A stretch of 64,000 bases of DNA from Octopus bimaculoides. Lineage: Eukaryota. The stretch covers positions 89,363,083 through 89,427,082 of the forward strand of contig NC_068990.1 of NCBI RefSeq assembly GCF_001194135.2, given 5' to 3'. How positions within the stretch are numbered: position 1 is the stretch's first letter; the number at the start of each line of letters is the position of its first letter. Below the pieces are notes generated by a model, which was not told the origin of the DNA, ran no database searches, and saw nothing but the letters and a program-made list of their open reading frames with translations. Below are positions 14,001 through 25,052 of the stretch, one piece after another. The translations under genes and the position numbers were made by a program.

Positions 14001-16866
14001 TATTAAACCAAAATCCAACTGAACCTTTCCATTTGCAGGATCAACTGAAATGAAACATTGGAATCAAGAATTAACAACAACAACAACAATCCTTTCTGCT
14101 ATAAGCACAAGGCCTGAAATTCTGGGGGTGGGGTATAATTGATTATATCAACCCCAGTGCTCAACTGGTACTCGTTTCATCAACCCAAAAAGGATGAAAA
14201 GCAAAGCTGATCTCGATGGAATTTGAACTCAGAATGTAAAGAACAATGAAATATCACTAAGCATTTTTGCCTGGCATGCTAACGGTTCTGCCAACTCACT
14301 GCCTTAGCAATAATTTTGGCACAAGGCCAGCAATTGTGGGAGGGGAGATAAGTCAATTTCACCGACCCCCCAGTACTCAACTGGTACTTATTTTATCAAC
14401 CCCAAAGGGATGAAAGGCTAAGTCCATCTAGGCAGATTTTGAATTCAGAATGTAAAGACATACGAAATATCACTGAGCATTTTTCCTTAACGATTCTGCT
14501 GGCTTGCTACTTTATCAATAATAACGATAATGATAAATTAATTAATGAAGTGAAATTTGGTTGACAAAGAGAGAATGGAAGGCCACTGGGAGGACTGTTC
14601 CTGTTCTTGGATGGTAGGTTTAATCCATAGCTCAGTTTGATGTCACCTGGTCTGTGGGTGCCTTTAGCAGAGTCCATTCTGATGTAAACATTTGGATCAG
14701 ATACCCAGTCTGATAATAACTGTCTCCTTCCCTCCCACCAGTTTCGAAAACACCAAAAAAGGGTCACTGGTGACTCCCTTCCCTTTTTGACCAAGTCATT
14801 AAGCCCCNNNNNNNNNNNNNNNNNNNNNNNNNNNNNNNNNNNNNNNNNNNNNNNNNNNNNNNNNNNNNNNNNNGAAAAGATAGCCTTTAGAGCAAGTAAC
14901 TTGATTACTTACCATTCGGGTGGAATGGTATGGTGCAGAATGAGATTTCAGGTTCCCTTATTGCTTTATTGGGTGAAAACTGAAGGAATAGAGTGAAAAC
15001 ACCACCTGATAAAGAGAAGGGTTATCAGTATCATTATCATCATCATCACCATCACTTACACCACCACCTCTGCCAATACCACCACCACCACCGCCACTGC
15101 TGCCACCATCATCACCACTGCAGTCACCATCACCACTACCATTATCGTTGTTGCCATAGCTACTGCCACTGCTACCACCACCGTCTTTTTTATTAATGCT
15201 AGTATGTGGTTTGTCAATCTACTAGAAATAGTAGCCAAATATCAATCTATTATTTAGTTTTTTTTTTTAAAGAAGACAGACGTATTAGGTAATACAGCCC
15301 TAAAAGATGCAATGCCTGGAATAAAGGGGGAATGGTCATGTCTGGAATACCTTGGAATTAGATAAAACACAGCAGCAGTTGCCACTGCCGTTGCCGCCAT
15401 CATCATTATATTGATCAGTTATAGTATCATAATTATGACTGTAAGTAACAAGAACACTATAAACATCACCTCATTACCATAATTATCATCATCATTGTTA
15501 TGATCATTATCATATCATCATCATCATCATCACTGCTGCTGGCCACCACCACCATTATCAGCATCAACTCTTTATAGTAACCACTATCTTCGTAATTGTC
15601 ATCGTCATCATAAGAATCCTTACGATCGACAAGAGCACCATCACTATGAAATTCCTTGCTGCTGTCATATTACATGAGGAGGTGAGCAGGAGGCTTTTTC
15701 TGGATGGATTTGCAGGCAAATGCACAGGTTTGTGTGGTTTCCAGGGCATTATTACCAAGATCACACCCAACACTTAGTAACATCTACGGAAATCTGATAC
15801 CAATATCCCTCAAGCTAAAGCAGAGGAAACGACTACAATCTGCTGGCCTCTGTCGTCGAGCAGAGAAAGAGGTTGTCTCATCCCTGCTCCTATGGCATCC
15901 CTCTGGAAGTGTTTTCTCCAGGAAACTGACATTTCCAGATCCTATATCTCAGGACTCAAGGATGAAAGGCAAAGTCAGCCTTGGTGGAATTTGAACTCAG
16001 AAAGTAAAGACGGATGAATTGCCACAAAGCATTTTGCCCAGTGTGGTAACGATTCTGCCAGCTCACCACCTTATATAACAACAACAACAACAACAACAAC
16101 AATAATATTTACCATTCCAAAGTGAACTTCTTAAACCTTTTATCTTGGCAACCCAATCAAAAATGTTGTCAGGAGAAATCAGACTGACTTCAATTCCCTT
16201 GAAAGGAAAGAAAACAGAAATTAGTTCTAAAAATTTTATTACCTTCCAATATGTTGATTAAACACCAGTCAACTCTCACCCAGCAGACTTATGATCAAAG
16301 GCGTTCCAACCATGACCATCCTGTCAGTCAGTAGATATATATTCCCTGGTAGCACCAATGTTGTTTGGCAGTGTTGGAAGGATATAGCTTTTATTTTTTA
16401 CTTGTTTCAGTCATTAGATTGTGGCCATGCTGGGGCACCATCTCAAAGAATTTTTAGTCGAATGAATTGATCCCAGGACTTATTTTTTGTTTAAGCCTGG
16501 TATTTGTTCTATTGGCCTCTTAGGCTGAACCACAAAGTCACCAGGATGTAAACACACCAACACCAGTTGTCAAAGTGGTGGTGGGGAACAAACACAGACA
16601 AAAAGAAACACACACACACACACACGACAGGCTTCTTTCAGTTTCTGTCTACCAAACCCCACCTACAAGGATTTGATTGGCCGGAGGCTATAGTAGAAAA
16701 CACTTGTCCAAGGTGCCATGCAGTGGGACTGAACTTAGAACCATGTGGTTGGGAAGCAAGCTTCTTACCAAACAGCCAAGCCTGTACCTGAAATCATCTC
16801 CATGCCGGGAATTGAACCTGGGTCACCTCGATGAAAGCCAGGAAGCCTAAATACTAGACTATATAT

Positions 16867-16927
<61 letters not shown>

Positions 16928-16995
16928 TATGTATNNNNNNNNNNNNNNNNNNNNNNNNNNNNNNNNNNNNNNNNNNNNNNNNNNNNNNNNNNNNN

Positions 16996-17057
<62 letters not shown>

Positions 17058-18033
17058 CAGCTGTGGCCAAAAGTTTGGAACATTTGTTTAAAAATTAAAA
17101 TTGTTATGCCCAAGTACAACACAATTCAAATACATACAACGTGGAGATATACTTACCTAACAATTGATCTGATTGTTCAATATCTAGAAGAGAAAATAGG
17201 CAAAATCAAAAATATAGTTCTAGACCAAATTGCTTACTTTTAATTTAACTTTAGGCATTTAATATAAAATTCTAATTTTCAAACCTATGTTCCAAACCTT
17301 TGGTCATGACTGTAAATATACATCAAAATATATGTGTATATAATATTCGTTTATGTATTTGTTTTGAAAGATTCTTGATGTGAATTCATGTGTTGAAACA
17401 GATATTGTTGTATTTGTAGATGGTTGTGTTGCCAGTTTAGCCAATGAAAACACACACACTATATTATATTCGGTGTTCACTTGCTTCAGCTTTATTTCAT
17501 ATTAATCGTATTTCAGCCAGAGTTCTTTCGTCACACTTCTGTGACCTCATAAGTGGTCCTTTGCTTTTTACTTTCTTTTTTGTCTCCCCTTCCTAATGCT
17601 TTGCTATTTTGTATTCCTGTTGTATGTGTCTTTATTTGTGTATGCATATAACCCCCAAATACAACAATATATATATATATGGAGATAGATAGATGCATAT
17701 GTGTGTGTGTGTGCATGTATAGTTTTGGTGATGCAAACAAGAAAATAGAATTCAAATGTTGCATACAGTTGATCCAATCAATAGAACAGCCTGCTCATGA
17801 AATTAATATACAAGTGGCTTAGCACTCCACAAACATGTGTACCCTAATGTATTTATGAAGTGATCTTCTTAAGCATGCAGCTGTTACTGAAGAATTAAAA
17901 TATAGACAAAAAGAAGAAAAAGATACAAGAAATAAATAGAACAAAAGATCAGTTGTGTTTGTGGAATAGTTACCCAGGTGGAAAACTTTTGGATAGCACT
18001 GAACTCTTTCTCAAGTAATGCACTGGACAACAT
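11068..18033 (-). CDS. UBE2U: UBE2U-like ubiquitin-conjugating (E2-fold) protein lacking the catalytic Cys. Exons 18033-17974, 16197-16113, 15005-14913, 14044-13956, 13362-13236, 11671-11522 (or read-through to TAA at 11499), 11138-11068; about 208-224 aa
   Basis: Spliced translation MLSSALLEKEFSAIQKFSTW/GIEVSLISPDNIFDWVAKIKGLRSSLWN/GGVFTLFLQFSPNKAIREPEISFCTIPFHPN/VDPANGKVQLDFGLIEKKGLYVLNILLYVQ/NLLSNPVLENAVNSSAKQMLLYLPHAYKQIATDCVMNSQTIE/GKHF...KISFEKYHLDWSNLAT. All junctions are GT-AG and in phase. TIPFHPNVDP, LSNPVLEN and the C-terminal SFxxYxxxWSxxAT motif match UBE2U as recalled. The last exon is uncertain. Confidence 0.85.
11775..12145 (+). mobile_element. Helentron-associated non-autonomous element (HINE / DINE-1-like) in UBE2U-like intron 6
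   Basis: 5' TTACCTACGCC subterminal repeat with inverted partner GGCAGAGGT near 12113, an internal (GTTT/GTCT)n tract, and a 3' hairpin GCACTC-TCT-GAGTGC at 12124-12138 followed by T-rich end. Confidence 0.7.
13102..13180 (-). pseudogene. tRNA-Lys(TTT)-like relic bracketed by a perfect 10-bp inverted repeat
   Basis: Minus strand GTTCAATTGGTAGATCATCAGTTTTAATGTGAGAGTTGTGAGTTCAAACCC resembles tRNA-Lys; stems are broken. AGAACACGGT/ACCGTGTTCT at the ends. Confidence 0.45.
14995..15660. repeat. (CAT/CAC)n low-complexity tract
   Basis: Degenerate trinucleotide repeats producing spurious poly-His ORFs. Confidence 0.9.
15660..15960 (+). mobile_element. RTE-clade LINE 3' fragment
   Basis: HPTLSNIYGNLIPISLKLKQRKRLQSAGLCRRAEKEVVSSLLLWHP corresponds to the decayed RTE 'RRLRFAGHC.R...LLW.P' thumb motif. 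Confidence 0.65.
16797..16868 (-). pseudogene. tRNA-Glu(TTC) pseudogene
   Basis: CCATATATAGTCTAGTATTTAGGCTTCCTGGCTTTCATCGAGGTGACCCAGGTTCAATTCCCGGCATGGAGA aligns with tRNA-Glu, but the acceptor, anticodon and T stems carry mismatches. Confidence 0.7.
17058..17312. mobile_element. Tc1-type MITE (255 bp)
   Basis: 26-bp TIRs CAGCTGTGGCCAAAAGTTTGGAACAT / ATGTTCCAAACCTTTGGTCATGACTG (21 of 26 match), with TA on both sides. Confidence 0.8.
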
Positions 18034-18167
18034 TTTGGGAACTGTAGATGTTATCATAAATAATATTGAACTTTCTTCCTAGTTCATGACAGCAATTTAT
18101 TAATCATTATTCTTCATATGAGCAGAGTAAAAGGCTGAAATACATAAATAAACAATATATACAAACA

Positions 18168-18198
<31 letters not shown>

Positions 18199-18440
18199 CA
18201 CACACACACGCACGCACACACACATATATATATCATCATCATCATCATCAGGTGACTCTATGTGTGTTAAGAGACTAAAATATGATTGGACAGGAACAGT
18301 GGTCTTTCGTATGTCTGTATGTATGCACATGTGTATGTATGTATGTATGTATGCATGTATGCATGTACGTACGTACGTATATGGCATTAGATAGCTGTAT
18401 GAAGTGTTTAAATCAATATAAGTACTTGTAAGACATCCAT

Positions 18441-18677
18441 GGTATTACTTCAGAGTGGACCGACGTACGCACACGCGCACGCGTCAGTGACACCTACGAT
18501 AAAAAAAATCCTCCACACGTATAAAGATGTCTAAACTGTAAATTGGGAGGTGGAGGGGGGGGAATTTGTGTACTCCCATCATACTCTTGAATCTGCGTTT
18601 TGCATTTTTCCAGTAACATTCAATTGAGTTTCAAAATTTGTTTCATTTTCATTCATTCAGTTGGTTGTTTGTTTTAT

Positions 18678-18720
<43 letters not shown>

Positions 18721-18917
18721 GTAGGTAGGTAGATAGATAAAAATTCCACCCCACCCGATTTACAGTTTACACATCTTTATACGTGTGGATGTTTTTTTTT
18801 ATTTTTTATCGCGGGTGTCACTGACTTGCGTGCGTCCGTCTAGTGACTGACGCGGGTGCGCACGTCCACTGAGTAGCGCGGGTGCGCGCATCGGGTCCAC
18901 TCTTTTTAAGTAGTACC
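18441..18917. mobile_element. Mutator-like (MULE) foldback MITE, 477 bp, in UBE2U-like intron 1
   Basis: TIRs of more than 110 bp (GGTATTACTT..AGAGTGGAC..GTCAGTGACAC..CCACACGTATAAAGATGT..AAACTGTAAAT), 9-bp TSD GACATCCAT / GACATCCAC, central (GATA)n. Confidence 0.8.
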
Positions 18918-19318
18918 GACATCCACCATTAATTACACAGTATATAATTGCAAATGGAATCAGGGTTCAAGAAGAAAGAAATCCGGGTATGATAACTGAG
19001 GAATTGGAAAAGGACCCCCAAATCGAGCTGATGTAGATAGGCATTGGAAGAAAAAAGAAAAAAAGACATTTTTAACCGGGGAATCTCAAAAGGCTTTGCG
19101 AAAAAAGTTAAAAGCAGTAAATTAACCGAGGGTGGATTTGAACATTTTGTAAAGACAGTACCCCACCCTACTCACCCTAAATAAATAAAAAATGAGTTGG
19201 GTGGTTCTTTGACACGTTCGCTTGGCAGTTGAAATATTTCCATTGTCAATTTGTGATTACAAAAGCGAAATAATTTATATAAAGACACACTCTACTAAGA
19301 GAGAGAAAGAGAGAGGGA

Positions 19319-19370
<52 letters not shown>

Positions 19371-19442
19371 TTCCTGCTCATTAATATACCCTGATAGGCA
19401 TAGTTAATAATTGGAACATAGGCATAAGGCAAACGAACTTAC

Positions 19443-19700
19443 TGACCGAGGACAGGAAAAATTCTTCATTCTTTTTCTCGTTCGGCGTTAATGTCTGTAT
19501 GCGAATCTTTCCAATGTCAGTCAGAAAAGATCCATTTATGTTCTGTTCTGTGTTCCGCAAGACAGACCAGGGAATCTAAAATGGAGTTTTCAACTCCTGC
19601 AATCGGACTTGTTTTGTTGACATTTGGCTTCTATGGCAACACTGTTGTTAACGAGAGAGTGTGTCAAAGGGAGAGAGAGAGTTCCTCCCCTTCTCGTTGA
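19443..19700 (-). promoter_or_regulatory. Probable non-coding first exon and promoter of the UBE2U-like gene, with an RFX X-box-like motif
   Basis: Consensus donor GGTCA|GTAAGT at 19443 (minus); matching acceptor at 18042 eight nt before the ATG. GCTTCTATGGCAAC at 19627-19640 is close to the X-box GTYNCY-AT-RGNAAC. Confidence 0.55.
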
Positions 19701-20057
19701 CTGGCCGAAAGAGAAACGACTAAATTTAATGAAACGCTAGCCACTGGAGACACGCATCGAAATTAACATCAAGCTACTAATATGAGGACCGTGCCTGAAC
19801 ACTGAATGGTGAAAGTAATTCAGAAAATATTATAGAGCTGTGCGGTTAAGTTCGCATCGCAAGCATGTGAATCCGTATTCGGTTTCACTGAACGGCAAAT
19901 TCGTCAATATGAATAGAATTTGGTCAACAGAAAATACGCAGAAGCCCATTACACACACACACGCACACGCGTGCGCACGCACGCACGCACACACCTCTTT
20001 CTATCACTCTCTCTTAGTGTGTAAGTTAGTTTACTAGTGTTGTATAGTATATTGTCA

Positions 20058-20360
20058 GCATGGCTCAATGGTTGGAGCGTCAGGTTCACAATCATGAGAT
20101 AGTGAGTTCGATTCCCAGACCTTAATTTTACATTGCTCCAGTTCACTCAGCTGTAGAAATGAGTTGTAACGTCACTGGTGCCAAGCTGTATGGACCCCTT
20201 TACCTTTCCCTTGGACAACATCGGTGGCATGGAGAGGGGAGGATGATATGCATGGAAGACTCCTGGTCTTCCATAAACAACCTTGCTGGGACTTGTGCCT
20301 CGGAGGATAACTCTCTAGGTGCAATCCCATGGTCATTTATGATCGAAGAGGTCTTTACCC
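20058..20360 (+). mobile_element. tRNA-derived SINE (family 3; related copies at about 52330-52525 minus and 63284-63390)
   Basis: A box TGGCTCAATGG, B box GAGTTCGATTC, central CAGTTCACTCAGCTGTAGAAATGAG, and dispersed copies. Confidence 0.7.
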
Positions 20361-21245
20361 ATTACCCTAATTTAATCGACAAACACAGATCATCTGCAAA
20401 ATAAATGCCAGATCGAAAATTAGTGTGATCGATACGAACAGGCTGTATTGGAATCACTTTTATTCTCTTGTGGGAATTAATCAGAAACTTTATGCCATTT
20501 TGTTAGAATGCAAAAGTCACCAATTTGAGACAGAGGACATTTTCAAAATTGTCTTGAAAAGTCAACCAAAGTTGAAGGTGCCATTTATTTTCAGGGATCG
20601 ACCAACCATCATTAAGATCCTTCAATTTATGGAGGCTGCAAAAAGATATGAGAAACATTTCACTATTAGTCGTGTTTTCTTTCTCCATCTTTCTCCTTTC
20701 TCGTTTTTTTTTGTGCTTTTATTTTTAGTTCATTGTTTTGTATAACTAAATAAATAAAAACCCTTTTTCCTTTTATCCACAGAGAGAAACGTTTCATGTT
20801 ATGGAATTTGAGATTAAAAGATTTCCAAGAGTTTCGTAACGTGAGGGTGGTCCATAGTGTGAAGACAAGTCACGTGATTGTTTGCTTTTTAGCAGACGAT
20901 ACACGGCCTGACGATTTGATACAATCGTCAACCATCAAGAGTAAATGTGCTAAAACAAAACAAACGAATATGAAAAAACATACATATACATACTTTCGTG
21001 TTTGTTGGTAATTAGTTGAAAGTATAACTTCCTCTCTCGAATCATTTGTTTTCATATTCGTTTTCTACACGTTTTTTTTTTTTTTTTACACCGATTAGAC
21101 TATTTTTTGTTTTCGTTTTTGTGACCGGGTGCTAAACTAGACCCTGAAAGTTACGAGGGAAAAAAATGGATCGAGTGAATTTTCTTCCAATCCCTTCGAA
21201 AAAATAGTGTAATAGGTGTAAAACAACTTGCTGTAAACGAATATG

Positions 21246-21278
<33 letters not shown>

Positions 21279-22356
21279 GTGAGCGGATGTTTTTAGCAAA
21301 ACGATTAACGAATAAGAGAAATAAAATTCTTTGGCGAGACTTTTGTGTTATAGATAACAGACAAAATAAATCTGACTGAAGAAGTTGCTGCGAATTTGCT
21401 CTCCAAAATGAGAATAAACGAAAGAATTTCAGCATATTCCGACTGATTGGGCGGTAAATTAAGTTAAATAATAAAGCTTTATACTCTTGAATGGCATCTA
21501 ATAACCGATAATTGAATGATCCCTACAAATTTTAATCAATACTTTCCAAATCCCTGAGGCGTGAAATAATACAGATGACGGTAGCACAGAAATGAATTAT
21601 TTTTCCGTGCTTCGAGTTTTGGTTGATATCATTTGTCAGTAATCGCTACTTTGACTGCTTGACTGGCAGACACGTTAGTATATTACATCACCGTATCTAG
21701 TTATAACACTACGTGCCGAGTTCAAATCCCGCAGAGGAGGATATGGTTGATCAACTCAGTACTTGTCTGGTACTTTGTTTAACCGGCCTCAGAATTAGAC
21801 ACAAGGCTACAGACTTTTGGGAAGGATATTGTCAATGAAATCCAATCTGCTTGATTGTAGGTACAACCGAAAGGGAATATCACAGTATAATCAAATATCA
21901 GTTATGGGAGCCATAATAATACTGATTCCTAACATTGGCACAGAACCACACATTTAAAGGACGGGTGTAGTCTATTAAACCGATCTAGTATTTGATGGAT
22001 GTTTTATTTTGCCTTGCCTTGTGCTCTCAACTTATTGATGGAGTCGTCGGAACGCTGTTGTAATATACGGCGTGACTGAGCATTTTTAGACCTGACGGGG
22101 ACCATCCCACTCCAGATCTGAGCACAGCCGATTTCTTCTAGAAAGAGAGAAATGCGGACAGAAAAAATGAAAAAAATAAGAGTACAGGAGTGGTACCCCA
22201 TTTTATCGATCTCTGGGAGATGAGAAGCAAATTCAATTTCAGCAGGATCAGAACGAAAAATGACGTAATACCTGTTACATAATATAATAATAATAATAAT
22301 AATAATAATCCCTGAGAACAAATAAGACGTTATAAAATATAAAGCAAAATTATATA

Positions 22357-22788
22357 NNNNNNNNNNNNNNNNNNNNNNNNNNNNNNNNNNNNNNNNNNNN
22401 NNNNNNNNNNNNNNNNNNNNNNNNNNNNNNNNNNNNNNNNNNNNNNNNNNNNNNNNNNNNNNNNNNNNNNNNNNNNNNNNNNNNNNNNNNNNNNNNNNNN
22501 NNNNNNNNNNNNNNNNNNNNNNNNNNNNNNNNNNNNNNNNNNNNNNNNNNNNNNNNNNNNNNNNNNNNNNNNNNNNNNNNNNNNNNNNNNNNNNNNNNNN
22601 NNNNNNNNNNNNNNNNNNNNNNNNNNNNNNNNNNNNNNNNNNNNNNNNNNNNNNNNNNNNNNNNNNNNNNNNNNNNNNNNNNNNNNNNNNNNNNNNNNNN
22701 NNNNNNNNNNNNNNNNNNNNNNNNNNNNNNNNNNNNNNNNNNNNNNNNNNNNNNNNNNNNNNNNNNNNNNNNNNNNNNNNNNNNNNNN
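22357..22788. other. Assembly gap (432 N) in the ZGLP1 5' region; other gaps near 14808, 16935, 32504, 33671, 37735, 52984, 57727, 58596 and 62043
   Basis: Runs of N, mostly abutting microsatellites. Confidence 0.99.
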
Positions 22789-23407
22789 ATATATATATAT
22801 ATAAAAACTTGGACCTCTACCTCCAGAAAAGTTTATTAGCTCAAGAAAGTAATAAATAGTACTGATTTTTTTTTTATATTGACACAAAGCCAAAGGTTTG
22901 GGGGCAATGGGGTCGATTTAATCGACCTCAGTATTTGTCTGGGTATACCGACGCTGACAATAAATAATATTAAAAAACAAAAACAACAACCATAATAACA
23001 ATTATGATAGTAATAAATTTTATACCATAAGTATATGCCGCAAAATTTAGAGAAAGATGTTAATCGATTACATCGACTCCAATTCTTGACTAGTACTTTA
23101 TTTTTACCGACCCTGAAAGATAAAAGGTAAAAATGGCCTCGGCGGGATTTGAACTCAAGAGCCGAAGCAACAATTTTAATAATAATTTTTATTATTTTGT
23201 AAGAAATTATTGTTATATTTTAGAAATCCTTCTTTTCTTCAACATAATTATTATGGTGATTATTATTATTATTATCGAAAAAAATTAAAATGCAAATAAT
23301 AATTCGTAATAATCCGTGATTGTCGGTAGAGAGCCGTCTTGTCATTTGCATATGAATCCCCGATTCTATGGGAAGACGTTTATAATGGTTCAGAAGCTTC
23401 TTTCGAA

Positions 23408-25016
23408 ATGGAGGAAACGAAGTGTGTGTCATATAGAATGATGATGCCAAATGGAATTTTACTCAACACCTGTGACAATTCTTTACCAGTCATTGACAAT
23501 CCATCCCAAAATGAGCTCATTTTACCCAAAGAGACAGGGTTAGTATGTATGTATGTATGTATGTATGTATGTATATATAAATATATATATATATATGTAT
23601 GTATATGTATAATATGTTATTGTTTAGTCTCAATGTCTTTGATATCTGATCGAGATCTATGATCAAAAGGTTCCTAGCCATGATCATCACCCCTTTATGT
23701 AGGGGCCAGTATTATTTATCTAGGATGTATGATGTCTTCTTTTCAAGGCGTTAGGGGTATGATTTGATGGAGTTCTTTCTGCACTGAATTTCCCTCTGAT
23801 CTTGTGTGTTTGTGGATATATAGATGTGTATAAAAATGTATGTAGATGTGTGAAAAGATGTATGCTTAGATGTGTTAAACACGTTTACATAGAGGTGTAT
23901 ATAAACTGTATATAAATATGTAGATGTGTGAAGATGTATGTGTATCTTTTTGGTCACCTAATCCATGTCAAGTTTGTAAAGACTTAATAATTAAAAACTA
24001 CGAAATGAAATATAAAAAGTGGATCGCGATTTATTTGACATTCTTTTAGAACCCAAGCATTCATATCTTAAGATCACCAGAAGGGTTTTAACATATTTAT
24101 TAACTGAGATATGTTGTAATCTAAGAATTATGGTGAGCAGTTGTTCTTTCTCCAAGAAACCTAGTTCCGCTTAAACCAAGCATCAGTCATTGAGCTAATG
24201 TTTTCTTCTCACCACCACATTTTTATTTTTAAATATAACATATAAACATGTTCATCTTTTAGAGCATTGTCATTTTATAAGATTTTGCAGGCAAATTTTA
24301 AAATTAACATAAACATTTATTTGCATGAAAGAAAATTACCAGAGAACTTCCATCTAATTCTTCCAAATCTTTCTGTTAAAACTATTGAAACCATTTGTGG
24401 GGAATTTTTTTTTTTTTATTACAGCAACTGGAAATATTATATTTTGTATTGTAATTACACTGAATTAGCAATTTTACAAAAAATATACATCATTTACACT
24501 GGTATTGTGTCGGTGATCAGGTCGTAGTTGTGCGACGAAATTTTTGACATTTCCTGAAATAAATTTCAAGTTAATTTAACAGTTTTGTATGTTATCAAAT
24601 GACTATCCCAAAGGCTTAGCTGCAAATGTAAATGGACAATGGCAATAAAACTTGTTCAGAAAGGTCCACACATTCCCTAAATTAATCAAAAGAAGGAATA
24701 CTACCGTTTCTCTCAAAATTAATCATATATATTCCTTTATTATATTTAATTAAGATGGATGGCTCTGACACAACTTACATTCTGAACCCAACAGGTTGAT
24801 ATATATATTACTGTCTTTTCAAAAAGTATAAAGCTGAAAGTGTATTCTGGGTTGTTCATTTGTAAATGTCTATAATTTATGTATTTATAGGGGACCCTTT
24901 TTTTACATTTTTGTTACCTGCAAAGAAAAAAGGGTTTGTTATTAATGGTGTTAGTGCTTGCAATTTTGCGAGAGACTTTTTGACGTACCGCCCACCCATC
25001 TGTGTGTGTGTGTGTA

Positions 25017-25052
<36 letters not shown>

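Noticed and set aside
14507-14794. 95-aa ORF inside the UBE2U-like intron
   Set aside because: No E2 or TE motif and no usable splice sites; the real exon 4 is at 15005-14913.
14993-15238. Poly-His and poly-Val ORFs; likewise YIYI, SLSL, CVCV and HTHT ORFs at 16865-17243, 32379-32633, 49801-50144 and 63575-63998
   Set aside because: Translations of microsatellites or N-gaps, not genes.
16797-16868. Functional tRNA-Glu gene
   Set aside because: Three acceptor-stem mismatches plus anticodon- and T-stem mismatches; recorded as a pseudogene.
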